Below the pieces are notes generated by a model. That model saw only the letters and a list, made by a program, of their open reading frames with translations, was not told the DNA's origin and did no database searches. 64,000 nucleotides of DNA from an archaeon (GTDB lineage Archaea; SpSt-1190; DYHY01): NCBI GenBank assembly GCA_043803745.1, contig JAZDJS010000002.1:16581-80580 (forward strand), written 5' to 3'. Positions within the stretch are counted from its first letter, which is position 1, and every line of letters begins with the position of its first letter. Of the stretch, positions 1 through 10,140 are shown piece after piece. The position numbers and the translations under genes were made by a program.

Positions 1-2
1 GT

Positions 3-2081
3 GTCAAGGTCAAGGTTTGCCTTAACCCCGGAAACAAGTTCAGGAATGAAGCCGACGGAATCGACAGTCACAAGGCCGCCGCCTCCGCCTCCGCCACCCC
101 CTCCGCCGGCACCACCACCCCCGCCGCCCTCCCCGCCACCGCCGGAAATAGTGGTCGTGGTAACTGGCGGAGCGCCCGAGCCTCCGATGCCATATGTGCT
201 AAGATGGCTCAAGTTGGCCCAGACATAGCTTCCGGCTGAATTGACGCCGGAGCCATAAACCTGGATTGTCTCGTTACCGCAGGAGATTGCCCCGGAATTC
301 GGGAGGATTGCCCATTCCCCGCTTGCCTTGCAATAGCGCAGGATTCTCAGGGATTCGGGGAGTATTTCGCTTATCCCGTCCCCGTCGGAATCAAGGTCCG
401 AAACTGAATAATGCAGCTTCAGCAGGAAATATGCATAGGAAGAGTCGGAAAGGTTCCCTGAAAGATTGAAATCGAAGAACCTGTCGACTGAGACAAGCCC
501 CCCGAGCCAGTATTCGAAGGAAGTGTCGTTCGTCTCCGGCTCAAGAGCGCCCGGGTTGTTGCTTGAAGTTATTGTGAGGTTCGCTTTTCCGGATGCGAGC
601 GGCAAAACTTCCAATTCTGCTCCGGTGGCAATCAGCGATTCGTTGAAGAATGCCGTCGTGTTTGCAGTCAGGTTTTTCCCCGACTGGCTTGCAGGGAAAT
701 ATGCATAGAAAATCCTCTCGAAAACTACCTTGTTCGAAAGGGAATCCTGGGCGGCGATTGTCAGGTTGTTCTTCCCGGAAGCATAGTCAAGGCTCCTCGA
801 GAAGTTGCCCGTGCCTGAAAGGGAGAACCCAAGGGCGCCGTTGAGGTAAACCTGCGCTGAAACCGGGTTGTCATCGGAAATCGTGCCCTCGATTGTGTTG
901 TTGAGGAACGAGACATTCGCTCCCTGGGCCGGCTTTGAGATGCTTATCTGCGGAGCCTGGATGTCGACGAAGAATTCAGTCCAGCTAGAGCCGAGATTCA
1001 GCGAGGAATCCCAGGCATAGACCGCAAGCGAGTGCGCCCCGTGGGAAAGCGCGCCAATTGTCATGTTCATGCCCGAAAGGCTCATGTTGGGTCCGCCGTC
1101 AAGAGAATATTTGGCAATCGGAACCGGTTCGCTGGCAGACCAGCTCAGCTGCACCGGAGTTCCCGGGCCAAGCATTCCAGCCGGAGAATAGATTGCTATT
1201 GTCGGAGCCGTAACATCCCCCCCGGTCTGGTATGAAAAGGTTGCCGTTGCGCTCCCTATCGTTCCCTCCGAGCTGCTTGCATAGAAAATCAATTTGTGGA
1301 CTCCCTGCGAAATGTTTGTGATGTTCTGCTCAAAGGGACTGGTTGGAGCGAAAGGACCGACGCTTTTTCCGTCAAGGGCATACCAAATCTGGGAGATTTC
1401 TGGGAGATTTGAGACAATTCCCCTGAACCTCACAGGAAGGATTGCAGTCTTGAAAAGGTCGGCAGGGGTTTCAATTGAAACCTGCGGAACGGAGAACGAG
1501 ACTGTCTTTCCGAAAATTTCCCAGTTGCCGTTCCGGTCGTCCGACCAGAGGACGAAAGCGGTGTTGTTCGAAAACCTGACTGACGGATTCTTGGCGCGCC
1601 CAGAACCTCCGGCTATGTTGGCTGAGGTTCCGGAGTAAAGCGTTCCATCGGAGGATTTGAAGAGGCCGTAGTAAATTGCCGGCATCCCTTCCTTCTCAGT
1701 GCTTATCCAGGCGAGATGGATTCTTCCAAGCGGGTCAAGGAAAGCCGAGATTTCGTGGATTGCGCCCTTGCCGGTTGTCACAAGGGTCGCGTTCAGAATG
1801 GACTTCCCATTGGAATCGTATTTTTTCATCAATATTGCCGAGCCGGTTGCCGAAGGAATTGTTGTCGTGGTGGCTGCAAAGGATTTTATCTCAGTCAGGT
1901 TCTGCACAAAGATAACATATGCGTTGTCGCTGCTGTCGGAAAGTATCTGCTGATTGCTGCCAGTTCCAGCAACGATTTCAGGCGACCACTCCCCGGAGCC
2001 GAGCGCGAACCCGGCTGAAAAAAGCGAAGTGAGCAGGATGACTGAAACCAGGAGCAAGAAAGCAAGCAGAGATTTTCTCAT
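3..2081 (-). CDS. Cell-surface protein, 3' end outside window: signal peptide, ~3 propeller blades, ~3 Ig-like domains, PGF-pre-PGF-like domain, poly-Gly linker
   Basis: Not in the ORF track because it has no stop in the window. Manual translation: MRKSLLAFLLLVSVILLTSLFSAGFA; LDPLGRIHLAW; VLWSDDRNGNWEIF; DVTAPTIAIYSP; YSLDGG; WANLSHLSTYGI; GGGGEGGGGGGAGGG. Its ATG overlaps the TGA of the upstream giant gene (ATGA). Confidence 0.85.
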   Translation of the reverse strand, partial: MRKSLLAFLLLVSVILLTSLFSAGFALGSGEWSPEIVAGTGSNQQILSDSSDNAYVIFVQNLTEIKSFAATTTTIPSATGSAILMKKYDSNGKSILNATLVTTGKGAIHEISAFLDPLGRIHLAWISTEKEGMPAIYYGLFKSSDGTLYSGTSANIAGGSGRAKNPSVRFSNNTAFVLWSDDRNGNWEIFGKTVSFSVPQVSIETPADLFKTAILPVRFRGIVSNLPEISQIWYALDGKSVGPFAPTSPFEQNITNISQGVHKLIFYASSSEGTIGSATATFSYQTGGDVTAPTIAIYSPAGMLGPGTPVQLSWSASEPVPIAKYSLDGGPNMSLSGMNMTIGALSHGAHSLAVYAWDSSLNLGSSWTEFFVDIQAPQISISKPAQGANVSFLNNTIEGTISDDNPVSAQVYLNGALGFSLSGTGNFSRSLDYASGKNNLTIAAQDSLSNKVVFERIFYAYFPASQSGKNLTANTTAFFNESLIATGAELEVLPLASGKANLTITSSNNPGALEPETNDTSFEYWLGGLVSVDRFFDFNLSGNLSDSSYAYFLLKLHYSVSDLDSDGDGISEILPESLRILRYCKASGEWAILPNSGAISCGNETIQVYGSGVNSAGSYVWANLSHLSTYGIGGSGAPPVTTTTISGGGGEGGGGGGAGGGGGGGGGGGLVTVDSVGFIPELVSGVKANLDLD

Positions 2082-5000
2082 TCCGCAGGCACCACCTGCG
2101 ATGGAAGGAACCATCGCTCTTGGTACACGTCAGTGTCCGCATAAGCTGTTTTCAGAGCATCCAGGCTCATTGCCGAGGGTATTATCCCGGTGTTGAACTC
2201 GAAGATGAAGACGATCCCCTCGGGACCGGCTGCCAGGTGGTCGAAGGGACCCTGCTCAACATCGATTATGTCGTAGTGATTCAGGAGCTTGAGCGGCGCC
2301 CAGATTGCATAGTAGGTTGCATACCAGGTCGGTATTATGACTGCTGCGGGAGGGAAGGCAATGCTTGCAACCGAGAAGCCGATGCCGATTCCCGTTGCCG
2401 CGACATCCTCGTAGGCGGCCTTCTTCATTATCGGGTCCTCGGTTGTCCTTGCGGTGTAAATCTGGTAGCCCATTTTCGCAACATCAAGGCCGAGCATCAC
2501 TGCGTCGGTAACTCCGACATGCACGAACTTTCCGGGCACGTTCGGCGGTAGGAATGACCTTTGGAAGATTCCGAAGGAAACCTTCCCTCCGGAAGCGCCC
2601 TGCAAGGTGTTCTTGATTGTCCGCATCTTCCATCCGAACTTCCCGAAATCCGCAATCGCGCTCTTGTGGTCGTAGAGATAGTTCGCTATCTTGTAGATTA
2701 TTACCTGCTTGTAATTGCCGGTGATAAGGCTCGAGACTATTATCGACTCCGCATTGGTCACTGTCGCGACGGTCCCAGGGGCGAATTTGGTTATTTCCGC
2801 CTTGATTGAATTGAACCTCGGGTCAGTCAGGAACTCGGAAGTGCTGATGTCGTTTATCGTGACCGTTATCGCCCGGACAATCGTTGTCTCAAGGTCGGGC
2901 GTGGAGGTCTTCTTCGCATCGTTCCTTGTCACCGAGTATTTCGTCTGGTTGTTCTTGGTTATCGTGACGAACGTTTCGTTCGACGTTGTCGAAGCCGCTG
3001 CGAACGGCTCCATGTCGAGGGCGCCGAAGGAACTGTAGAACCTGGTCGTCCTCCTGGTTTCTTTGATTGAGTTCCTCGAGGGCAGGCTGTTGTTGAGCGA
3101 ATCGTTGTAGTAGAATTCCCATTTGGGGGAAACCGCGCTCCAGTTCAGGGAGCTTGCTGTGAAGGAAACGTCCGCTTCCGATGAGCCTATCAGGACAACC
3201 CCGGAATAGCCGCCCAAGGAGGTTGAGTTGAAGAACTGCGTTACGTTCTCAGGCGCGCCATTGTAGACGAAGAGCTTGTACGGGCCGACTGTCGCGTTCC
3301 CTGTCGGATATGTCTGGATGTTCGCCGGCAGGGCTGAATTGATTGCCGAGACGTTCGCCGAGAGGTTCGTGACAAGCGAGAATGAATAGTCGTCGGTTGT
3401 CTTGGCAAGCGCGCCCGCCTTGATGTTCCGGGCGTTCATCGGGATTCTGGATATTTTCCCGCCGGTGACGTTGATGTAAATCGGAGAAAGGTAGATGACG
3501 TAGCCGGGTTTCTCGATTTTCTCCTTAGGGAGGTTTATCGTGAATTCGTAGGAATGCCTTGTCGTTACATATTCAAGGGTCCGCCCGATTGAGATTCCGC
3601 TCATGACCCCTGTGCCCCAGGAGAATTCCCCGTCATAAAGGGCATAGTCGATTGCCGGGACAAGATAATTCTCGGAATCGTTTGAAACCGATTTGTCGAG
3701 CGCGGGGTCGACTGAAATCTGGAGGGTTACGTGCTGGTTTTTTCCGGGCTCGAGCTTTATCGGGGCTTCGGCATACCAGTATTTCATCTCAGGGTCCCCG
3801 ATGCTTGCGGCTTCGTAAGTCGGCACCCAGCCCTTGCCCTCAACCATGTATGCGTCCCTGCCGTTCCCGAGCATCACGGTATAGGCGCGTCCGGTCAAAT
3901 CATAGCTTATCTTGTAAGTCGGATAGGGGTCAAGGTTGCTGTAGTAGAAATAATCCCGGGTATAGCTTATCGAATAATGCCTGTCGCCGCCCTCGTAAAA
4001 GACGACGCCGTCGGTCGTGTTCTCAACCCGGTAAATCCAGCTGTCAAGGCCGTAGTTCACCCCTTCTTCAATCGTGTTTGTCCTTGATGCCAAATCGGTC
4101 GGGCTGTTCCTGACGCCGTTCTCCCCAAGCTCCACAACCTCGTTCCTGTTGCAAGAGGTCAAGCCCCAGTCGCCGCAGTCGATTCTGTGGGAATGCCCGT
4201 CAAGGAACCAGAGATATTGCTTCGATTCATAGTACAGGGTTCCGGGCCTGAAAACATCCGACCACGGGTAGGAAGTCTCAAGGTTCGCGTTCGGGAGCAG
4301 GTCGTAGGTGTCAATTATCCCGTCCCCGTCGCTGTCCGAGCGGATTGGGTTAGTCCCTTTGGCAAGCTCCTCCCCGTCGCTTATCCCGTCATCATCGCTG
4401 TCAGCGTCAAGCGGGCTTGAATAGCTTAGCTCTTCCTCGGGGAACTCCCTGTTAGTGAAAATCCACCTTCCCCATCCCTCTTCCGCCCCATCCTTGATGC
4501 CGTCGGAATCGGTGTCAGTGTTGCTGTAATTGAGCCCCTGCTTGTAGGCAAGAATCCTGTGAACCTCGACATAATCGAAGCCGGGAACGTTCGGGCCAAT
4601 TGTTATGTCATAGACGCCTCCTGGGAGGTATCCTTCGTAGAACGTCCTGTGCTCGGGAACAAGATATGTGTTGCCTGCTATTGTTGTCCCGTTGCCATCC
4701 GAAATATTGAAGTAAATGCTTCCCTCAGTATCCAATCCTGTGAGGTTGAGCCGGTACATTCCCCCGAAGTTCAGCGTTAGCGTGACGTTGACCGAGGTTG
4801 CCCCGTAAAGCTTGACGCCCTTCACATCCCTGAATCCGTTCCAATAGGTGAGGACATCGCCGATTGTCGGGGCATAGTCGCCCAGTTCGGCCGAGTCGGC
4901 GAGGAACCAGCCCTTGAGCTCGTCCTTGTCCCAGATCCCGTCGTTGTCGGAATCCTTCCCTCCGACGGGGTTCGTTCCGTAGATGGCGACTTCTTCCCCG

Positions 5001-8000
5001 TCCCAGACGCCGTCCGAGTCCGAGTCGAAGTTCAAGGGGTTCGTTTCGCTCTGCGCTATCACCGTCCCGTTCGAAAGATATTTGGTGTTCCAATAGGGCG
5101 CCCCGTCCCGGGCAAAGTTCTCCCCTTCCCAGGCCTGCATCAGCCCGTCGGTCGCGCACCAGACTCCCCAGCCCGCAATCGAGCCCGAGGCTCCCGGCTT
5201 TGTCGAGTTGAAGCACCAGCCATCCTTCCATCCGTCCGGAAGGCCGTCGTTGTCGCTGTCAACATCAAGGGCGTTCTTGAAATCGTCATAATCGTCAGTT
5301 GTCTGGTTCCAGTTCCGTTCAGTCCCGTCAATTATCCCGTCCCCGTCAGTGTCGGCAGCGTTCCGGTCGGTCTCCCCCGCATCGACAATTCCGTCGTTGT
5401 CAACATCCTCGAACTTGTCAAGGAGGCCGTCCTTGTCAGTGTCTGCGTTGCTCGGGTTCGTAAGGGCAAGGTCCATGTTATAGGTTTCCTTGTGGTTCGA
5501 TGCGTAAGCTGAAATAGGATTCGCAGAAAGGTCGGCGAAGGTTCCCGTCCTGAAAACGGTATAGTTGTTTCCGCCGGTCCTGACAAGTATGTGCGTCCCG
5601 TTGTCATAAACCGGATAGCCTTCGGGAGTGTCGACCTGGACGTTCCTTCCAAGGAGGGTGTAGTTGAGCGGAAGCTGCGCAGCTGTCAGGTTTGCGTTGG
5701 GGATGGCAAGGACATATCCAATGAGCGCCGCGCTGCTGTTTGTGAGCGAGCGCTGGACTGCGATTCCCGTTCCAGCAGCCCAATAATTGAATGTTCCAGT
5801 CGTTGAATTGTATGCCGCGTTCGTCCTGAATACGACCCGGGCTTCCGTCCAGTCGGTCGAGGTGTCGTTGTCCGAGTCAGTATCGAAAACATTGAGCAGC
5901 TTGTCCCCGTCCGCATCCTTGTCAAAGGAGGCTTCCTCGCCGTTCAGGATTCCGTCGCCGTCCGCATCCTTGTCAAGGAAGTTCGGAATGCCATTGTGGT
6001 CAGCATCGTTATACCCGAGGGCGACCCTTGCGCCGTCGGAAAGCCCGTCGTTCAGCGAGTCTTTCTTCAGCGGGTCCGAGACCATCAGCAGGTTTCCCGT
6101 TTCCTTGCCGGCTGAATTGTAGGCGGGGACCGTCCCGTGCCCCGTCTCAGCATAGTACGCGTCCGAAGCAAGGGAGAACGTTGTCGGGCTTCCATAGACG
6201 GGGTTCTTGTCTCCCGGGACGTCCATCGCAACATATGGCGGGATATATGAGAAAATTGAATGCGTGCTTGTGCCTAGTGCGTTGTAAGCCCTCGCTGCGA
6301 CAAATGCATAGTCTCCGGACGGATGCCAGGAAATCCCGAAAAGGCGAGAGCTTGTTGACGGAATCTTGCTTGTGAAGTTGTTCTCAGCCGAATCGAAGAT
6401 TATCGCCTTCCCGTTCGAGTTCGGACCGTCGTCATCAGTCACAATCAGCGCCTCCCCGGTTCTCGGGTTCCATTCAACATCCTTTGCATCCCCGAGGCAG
6501 CTCCATATGCAGGGAATCTTGTATGAAAGGCAGGTTCCGTTCCAGTAGCATTTGTAGAGGTATTTCTCGTTGCCCGCAGCAGTTCCGAGCATAAGGCCTG
6601 CATCGATTTGCTTGTTATTCCGGGAATCTGTGCTTCTTTTCCAGTCTGCTGAAGTGATTTTTGTCGGCGCCGGAGAGAGCGTGAGATTGAACTGCCAGCT
6701 TTCGAATCCGGCATTATACTGGAAAACGAAAGCTTTGCCCGTTGAAGTCGTGATGAGCACGTAGACGTTGTCAATGTAGCTTACGTCAGTATAGCTGTAT
6801 CCCGGCCCGCCAAGGCCGGATGGTCTTGTTATGTCCGAGACAATTCCGGATGCCGCGTCGTATCTGAGTATTTTCCCGTCCCCGACAATCACAGCAACAT
6901 CCCCGTAAGAGGGAAACTCTACGGAGGAAAGATTCGCAGTTACCCCGCTTGAGACAATCGAAACGTTCTTGGTTGTCGCGTTGTATTTCAGGACTGTTCC
7001 GACGTTTCCCACAAGAATTGCCCGGTCCCCTGACGGGCTCCACGCTGCGCCCTTTATGCAATAGGATCCGGGAATCGTCAGGCTTTCTAACCGATTGTCC
7101 GGATAAACAAGGTAGCCGTCCCCAACCCAGCAGAAAATATCGTCGATATGCTCCAGTCCGATGGCATACTCCCCGCTTGGGTTCCATGCAACCTTTTCCA
7201 TTATGTGGTTCAGGCTCGAGTATTTTATTATGCCGTTCAGGACCGGCTGCTTGGCATAGGCCGCTTCATACCCCTCCGGGCTTGTTGCGACTCCGACATA
7301 GTTTGAAAAAGTCCCGATTTGCGTGTCGGTAAGGGCAAGCCCCTTGATTCTTCCAAAGGGGACGAGGTTCTTGCTAATGCTGGCCCCGATGTCAACCGCA
7401 ATCCAGGAATTGTCGTTCTCAGGGGCGGAATAGTCGATGTCTGATGCCCCGTAATAGTAGACGACAAGGCGCTCGCTTCCGGATGTGTTTGTGAAAAGCT
7501 CGGTTGAATTGTCCTTCCTAACCTCCCGTCTATACTGGCCGTTGCCCGGAGTTCCGGAGGTTTCAGTGAGAACCGCCGTAATGTTTGCCGGGCTTCTGAC
7601 CGTGACATAATAGGGATAATCCATTTCATAAATGCTAAAGTTAGTTCCAGGACCGGTAAAGCCCCAGGAATAAGAACCGCCCATGAACGCGCTGTAATAA
7701 TAGACTGTTACGGATTCCTGGGCAGTCAGGTTCGTTCCAAGAACGACAAGCCCGTTCATTCCTTGCTTGATCCACCAGTATTGCCCTGGAGACGGAGGAT
7801 AGACCGGATTGTTTGTCTGGTTTGTATAGCTGAAACCCGAGGAGTAAGAAGTAACATTAATTATCGAGGAAACCCGGTATGCCAGCCGGTAAGCAGAGCC
7901 AGAAAGCAATTCTTCCCGGATTATTCTCCCGCCGTTGACATCATCCGCATCAGTCCTGAACTCTATCCAGTCCCCTTCGCTGTCCGGAAGCCCGTCGCCA

Positions 8001-9973
8001 TCGGTGTCCGGGTTCGTCATGTTCGTTCCCTTCGCCGGTTCAACCCCGTCGTAAACCCCGTCCCCGTCAGTGTCAGGATTCAGCGGGTCGGTGTGTTGTG
8101 TGTTTATTTCATCCCAGTCTGAAATCAAATCACCGTCAGTGTCAGCGGAAGACGGGTTCGTCCCGTAGAGCTTCTTCTCATCAGAATCTGAAAACCCATC
8201 CCCGTCGCTGTGGTTCGATTTCGGGTTCGATGTTGTCCAGTAATTCTTCCCACCGACCAGGATGCTCCAGCCATAGACCTCGGCAAAGTCGGAAAGGCCG
8301 TCGTTGTCCCAGTCTGGATTCAGGGGATTCGTTCCGGCAGTCGTTTCCCCGATAGAGACTATTGTCCAATTCCCGAGCATTGTTATGCTCCCATCCCAGA
8401 GCCCGTCCCCGTCGGAATCCGGGTTCGTCGGGTCTGTTTCTCCGGCGTCAAGGAGTCCATTCATGTTCGCGTCCTCGAAGCTGTCTTGGCGCCCGTCATC
8501 ATCAGTATCGAATTTGACCGGGGAAATCCGGTCAGTCCCGTTCCGGTATTCGATTGAATCCCCTATTCCGTCCCCATCCGAGTCGGAATCTTTTGCGTTT
8601 ATCAGCCCGTCCGAATCGCAATCGACATCGGGCCCGCAGTTGTCGGTGAACATCATTGATTCGTAATTCTCAGCCCCGTCCTTGACTCCGTCCCCATCAG
8701 TATCCGGATTGTTGAGAAGGGTTCCAATCGTGTATTCAGTTAGATCGGAAAGCCCGTCCCCGTCAGTGTCCGGGTTCGAGCCAAGCGTCCCTAGAATTGA
8801 TTCGCCAATTGGGATTACCGTCCCATTTGCAAGCCTCCTGAACGTTCCGTCCCAGAGGCCGTCCCCGTCAGAATCGTTCGCAAGCGTCTTCTTCCCGTTT
8901 CCGAGCTCTTGGAGGTTCGTTACCCCGTCAAGGTCAAGGTCGCCGGAAGCGCCGTAATTTCCGACTGATGAGGTTGCGTCAAGCCCGTTCCAGATTTCCC
9001 ATCCGTCCGGAAGCCCGTCCCCGTCAGTATCGGCTTTGTTCGGGTCGCTTTCCCCGCCATCTATTTTCCCGTTAAGGCCCCAGTCTTCCCCTTCCCAGAT
9101 CTGGACAAGTCCATCAATCTCTGAAATATTCCAAGTCCAGGTGCGGTTCCGTTCATCATAGAACCATCCGTCAACCCATCCGTCCGGAAGCCCGTCGTTG
9201 TCCGAATCGAAATCGTTCTGGTTCGTCTTGGTTGCCGGGTCGACATCCCAGTAGCTTGAATTCGTGCTGTTGGCATATCCCATTTCAACTGCATCGACAA
9301 GCCCGTCCCCGTCGGAATCAAGCTCGTCAGTTCCATAGCCAGTCCTCTGATTCCCCTTGTACAAGCGGAAGGTAACGTCAGCCAGGTTCTGGTATGCGAA
9401 ATACAGGTTGCTGTCAGTTGCGGAAATCACCGGGTTTATTGCCTTGTTCGATGTTGAAACGTTCCGCATATCCTCCCAGCGCCCGTCCGCAAAAGTCCGG
9501 TAGAAAATTCCCTTCTTGAGAACCTGCCAGACTGAATTTAGAGCAGTTCCCCCGGCAAGCTTTGGGTTCGTTGAATCAAACGATTCGTTCGAGATGATCC
9601 CCGCCGGGTAAATTCCCTTCACAATCGCCTCAATGCTGAATACCGCGCCGTTCAGGAATTGCCAGGCTGCCGCTTTCGCAGTCCCGTAGATGGAGGAAAC
9701 CGGATTCGCAGCGTTTTCCTTCAGCAGGCTCCCGCTAGTCTGGTCGTCCAGATTTTGGGTCAGGCTTTTCTCGAAAACGTTCGTTCCCTCCTGCCAGGTA
9801 AGCTCGACTGTCCCGTTGTCCGAAATGTAAAAGGAAGGCGAAACTGAGTCAGCCGGGCCGTTTGTGATTTGCGTTTCCCCGTTGAAAGTAACTGCCGCAA
9901 GTGAAGGGGTTATTAGCAACAATAGGAGAAGGAAAAAAATCAATCCTACTCCAAAGTGGTTTAATTTTGCCAA
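2078..9973 (-). CDS. Giant (~2630 aa) secreted/surface protein with dozens of DxDxDG Ca-binding (TSP3/binary-toxin-like) repeats, a WD40-like propeller and a hydrophobic C-terminal domain
   Basis: ORF 2078..10099. Likely TTG start at 9973, after GGGGA, giving a signal peptide (LIFFLLLLLLITPSLAA). Repeats such as DTDGDGLSD..E..GTNP; WNPSG/WSPSG/WHPSG blades. Confidence 0.9.
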   Translation of the reverse strand: MAKLNHFGVGLIFFLLLLLLITPSLAAVTFNGETQITNGPADSVSPSFYISDNGTVELTWQEGTNVFEKSLTQNLDDQTSGSLLKENAANPVSSIYGTAKAAAWQFLNGAVFSIEAIVKGIYPAGIISNESFDSTNPKLAGGTALNSVWQVLKKGIFYRTFADGRWEDMRNVSTSNKAINPVISATDSNLYFAYQNLADVTFRLYKGNQRTGYGTDELDSDGDGLVDAVEMGYANSTNSSYWDVDPATKTNQNDFDSDNDGLPDGWVDGWFYDERNRTWTWNISEIDGLVQIWEGEDWGLNGKIDGGESDPNKADTDGDGLPDGWEIWNGLDATSSVGNYGASGDLDLDGVTNLQELGNGKKTLANDSDGDGLWDGTFRRLANGTVIPIGESILGTLGSNPDTDGDGLSDLTEYTIGTLLNNPDTDGDGVKDGAENYESMMFTDNCGPDVDCDSDGLINAKDSDSDGDGIGDSIEYRNGTDRISPVKFDTDDDGRQDSFEDANMNGLLDAGETDPTNPDSDGDGLWDGSITMLGNWTIVSIGETTAGTNPLNPDWDNDGLSDFAEVYGWSILVGGKNYWTTSNPKSNHSDGDGFSDSDEKKLYGTNPSSADTDGDLISDWDEINTQHTDPLNPDTDGDGVYDGVEPAKGTNMTNPDTDGDGLPDSEGDWIEFRTDADDVNGGRIIREELLSGSAYRLAYRVSSIINVTSYSSGFSYTNQTNNPVYPPSPGQYWWIKQGMNGLVVLGTNLTAQESVTVYYYSAFMGGSYSWGFTGPGTNFSIYEMDYPYYVTVRSPANITAVLTETSGTPGNGQYRREVRKDNSTELFTNTSGSERLVVYYYGASDIDYSAPENDNSWIAVDIGASISKNLVPFGRIKGLALTDTQIGTFSNYVGVATSPEGYEAAYAKQPVLNGIIKYSSLNHIMEKVAWNPSGEYAIGLEHIDDIFCWVGDGYLVYPDNRLESLTIPGSYCIKGAAWSPSGDRAILVGNVGTVLKYNATTKNVSIVSSGVTANLSSVEFPSYGDVAVIVGDGKILRYDAASGIVSDITRPSGLGGPGYSYTDVSYIDNVYVLITTSTGKAFVFQYNAGFESWQFNLTLSPAPTKITSADWKRSTDSRNNKQIDAGLMLGTAAGNEKYLYKCYWNGTCLSYKIPCIWSCLGDAKDVEWNPRTGEALIVTDDDGPNSNGKAIIFDSAENNFTSKIPSTSSRLFGISWHPSGDYAFVAARAYNALGTSTHSIFSYIPPYVAMDVPGDKNPVYGSPTTFSLASDAYYAETGHGTVPAYNSAGKETGNLLMVSDPLKKDSLNDGLSDGARVALGYNDADHNGIPNFLDKDADGDGILNGEEASFDKDADGDKLLNVFDTDSDNDTSTDWTEARVVFRTNAAYNSTTGTFNYWAAGTGIAVQRSLTNSSAALIGYVLAIPNANLTAAQLPLNYTLLGRNVQVDTPEGYPVYDNGTHILVRTGGNNYTVFRTGTFADLSANPISAYASNHKETYNMDLALTNPSNADTDKDGLLDKFEDVDNDGIVDAGETDRNAADTDGDGIIDGTERNWNQTTDDYDDFKNALDVDSDNDGLPDGWKDGWCFNSTKPGASGSIAGWGVWCATDGLMQAWEGENFARDGAPYWNTKYLSNGTVIAQSETNPLNFDSDSDGVWDGEEVAIYGTNPVGGKDSDNDGIWDKDELKGWFLADSAELGDYAPTIGDVLTYWNGFRDVKGVKLYGATSVNVTLTLNFGGMYRLNLTGLDTEGSIYFNISDGNGTTIAGNTYLVPEHRTFYEGYLPGGVYDITIGPNVPGFDYVEVHRILAYKQGLNYSNTDTDSDGIKDGAEEGWGRWIFTNREFPEEELSYSSPLDADSDDDGISDGEELAKGTNPIRSDSDGDGIIDTYDLLPNANLETSYPWSDVFRPGTLYYESKQYLWFLDGHSHRIDCGDWGLTSCNRNEVVELGENGVRNSPTDLASRTNTIEEGVNYGLDSWIYRVENTTDGVVFYEGGDRHYSISYTRDYFYYSNLDPYPTYKISYDLTGRAYTVMLGNGRDAYMVEGKGWVPTYEAASIGDPEMKYWYAEAPIKLEPGKNQHVTLQISVDPALDKSVSNDSENYLVPAIDYALYDGEFSWGTGVMSGISIGRTLEYVTTRHSYEFTINLPKEKIEKPGYVIYLSPIYINVTGGKISRIPMNARNIKAGALAKTTDDYSFSLVTNLSANVSAINSALPANIQTYPTGNATVGPYKLFVYNGAPENVTQFFNSTSLGGYSGVVLIGSSEADVSFTASSLNWSAVSPKWEFYYNDSLNNSLPSRNSIKETRRTTRFYSSFGALDMEPFAAASTTSNETFVTITKNNQTKYSVTRNDAKKTSTPDLETTIVRAITVTINDISTSEFLTDPRFNSIKAEITKFAPGTVATVTNAESIIVSSLITGNYKQVIIYKIANYLYDHKSAIADFGKFGWKMRTIKNTLQGASGGKVSFGIFQRSFLPPNVPGKFVHVGVTDAVMLGLDVAKMGYQIYTARTTEDPIMKKAAYEDVAATGIGIGFSVASIAFPPAAVIIPTWYATYYAIWAPLKLLNHYDIIDVEQGPFDHLAAGPEGIVFIFEFNTGIIPSAMSLDALKTAYADTDVYQERWFLPSQVVPAE

Positions 9974-10140
9974 TTTTCCCCAATCAGGGCTCGAGGGCGG
10001 TTTTTCATTTAAATCATTTACCAGTTTTAGCCCGTTCGAAGCGAAAAAAGGGCCATTTTTCCATAAGATTCCCTTCCAAGCAAAACCGGCAAATGACATT
10101 CCAAAAAAACTTTTATAAGAAAGTTCAGGTGCTCCCTGCC

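Noticed and set aside
1-228. Poly-Pro ORF on + strand
   Set aside because: It is the antisense shadow of the poly-Gly linker in the minus-strand surface protein.
2078-9973. DGR target or intein in the giant gene
   Set aside because: No RT gene, no TR/VR pair with adenine-specific mismatches, and no intein splice motifs were seen.
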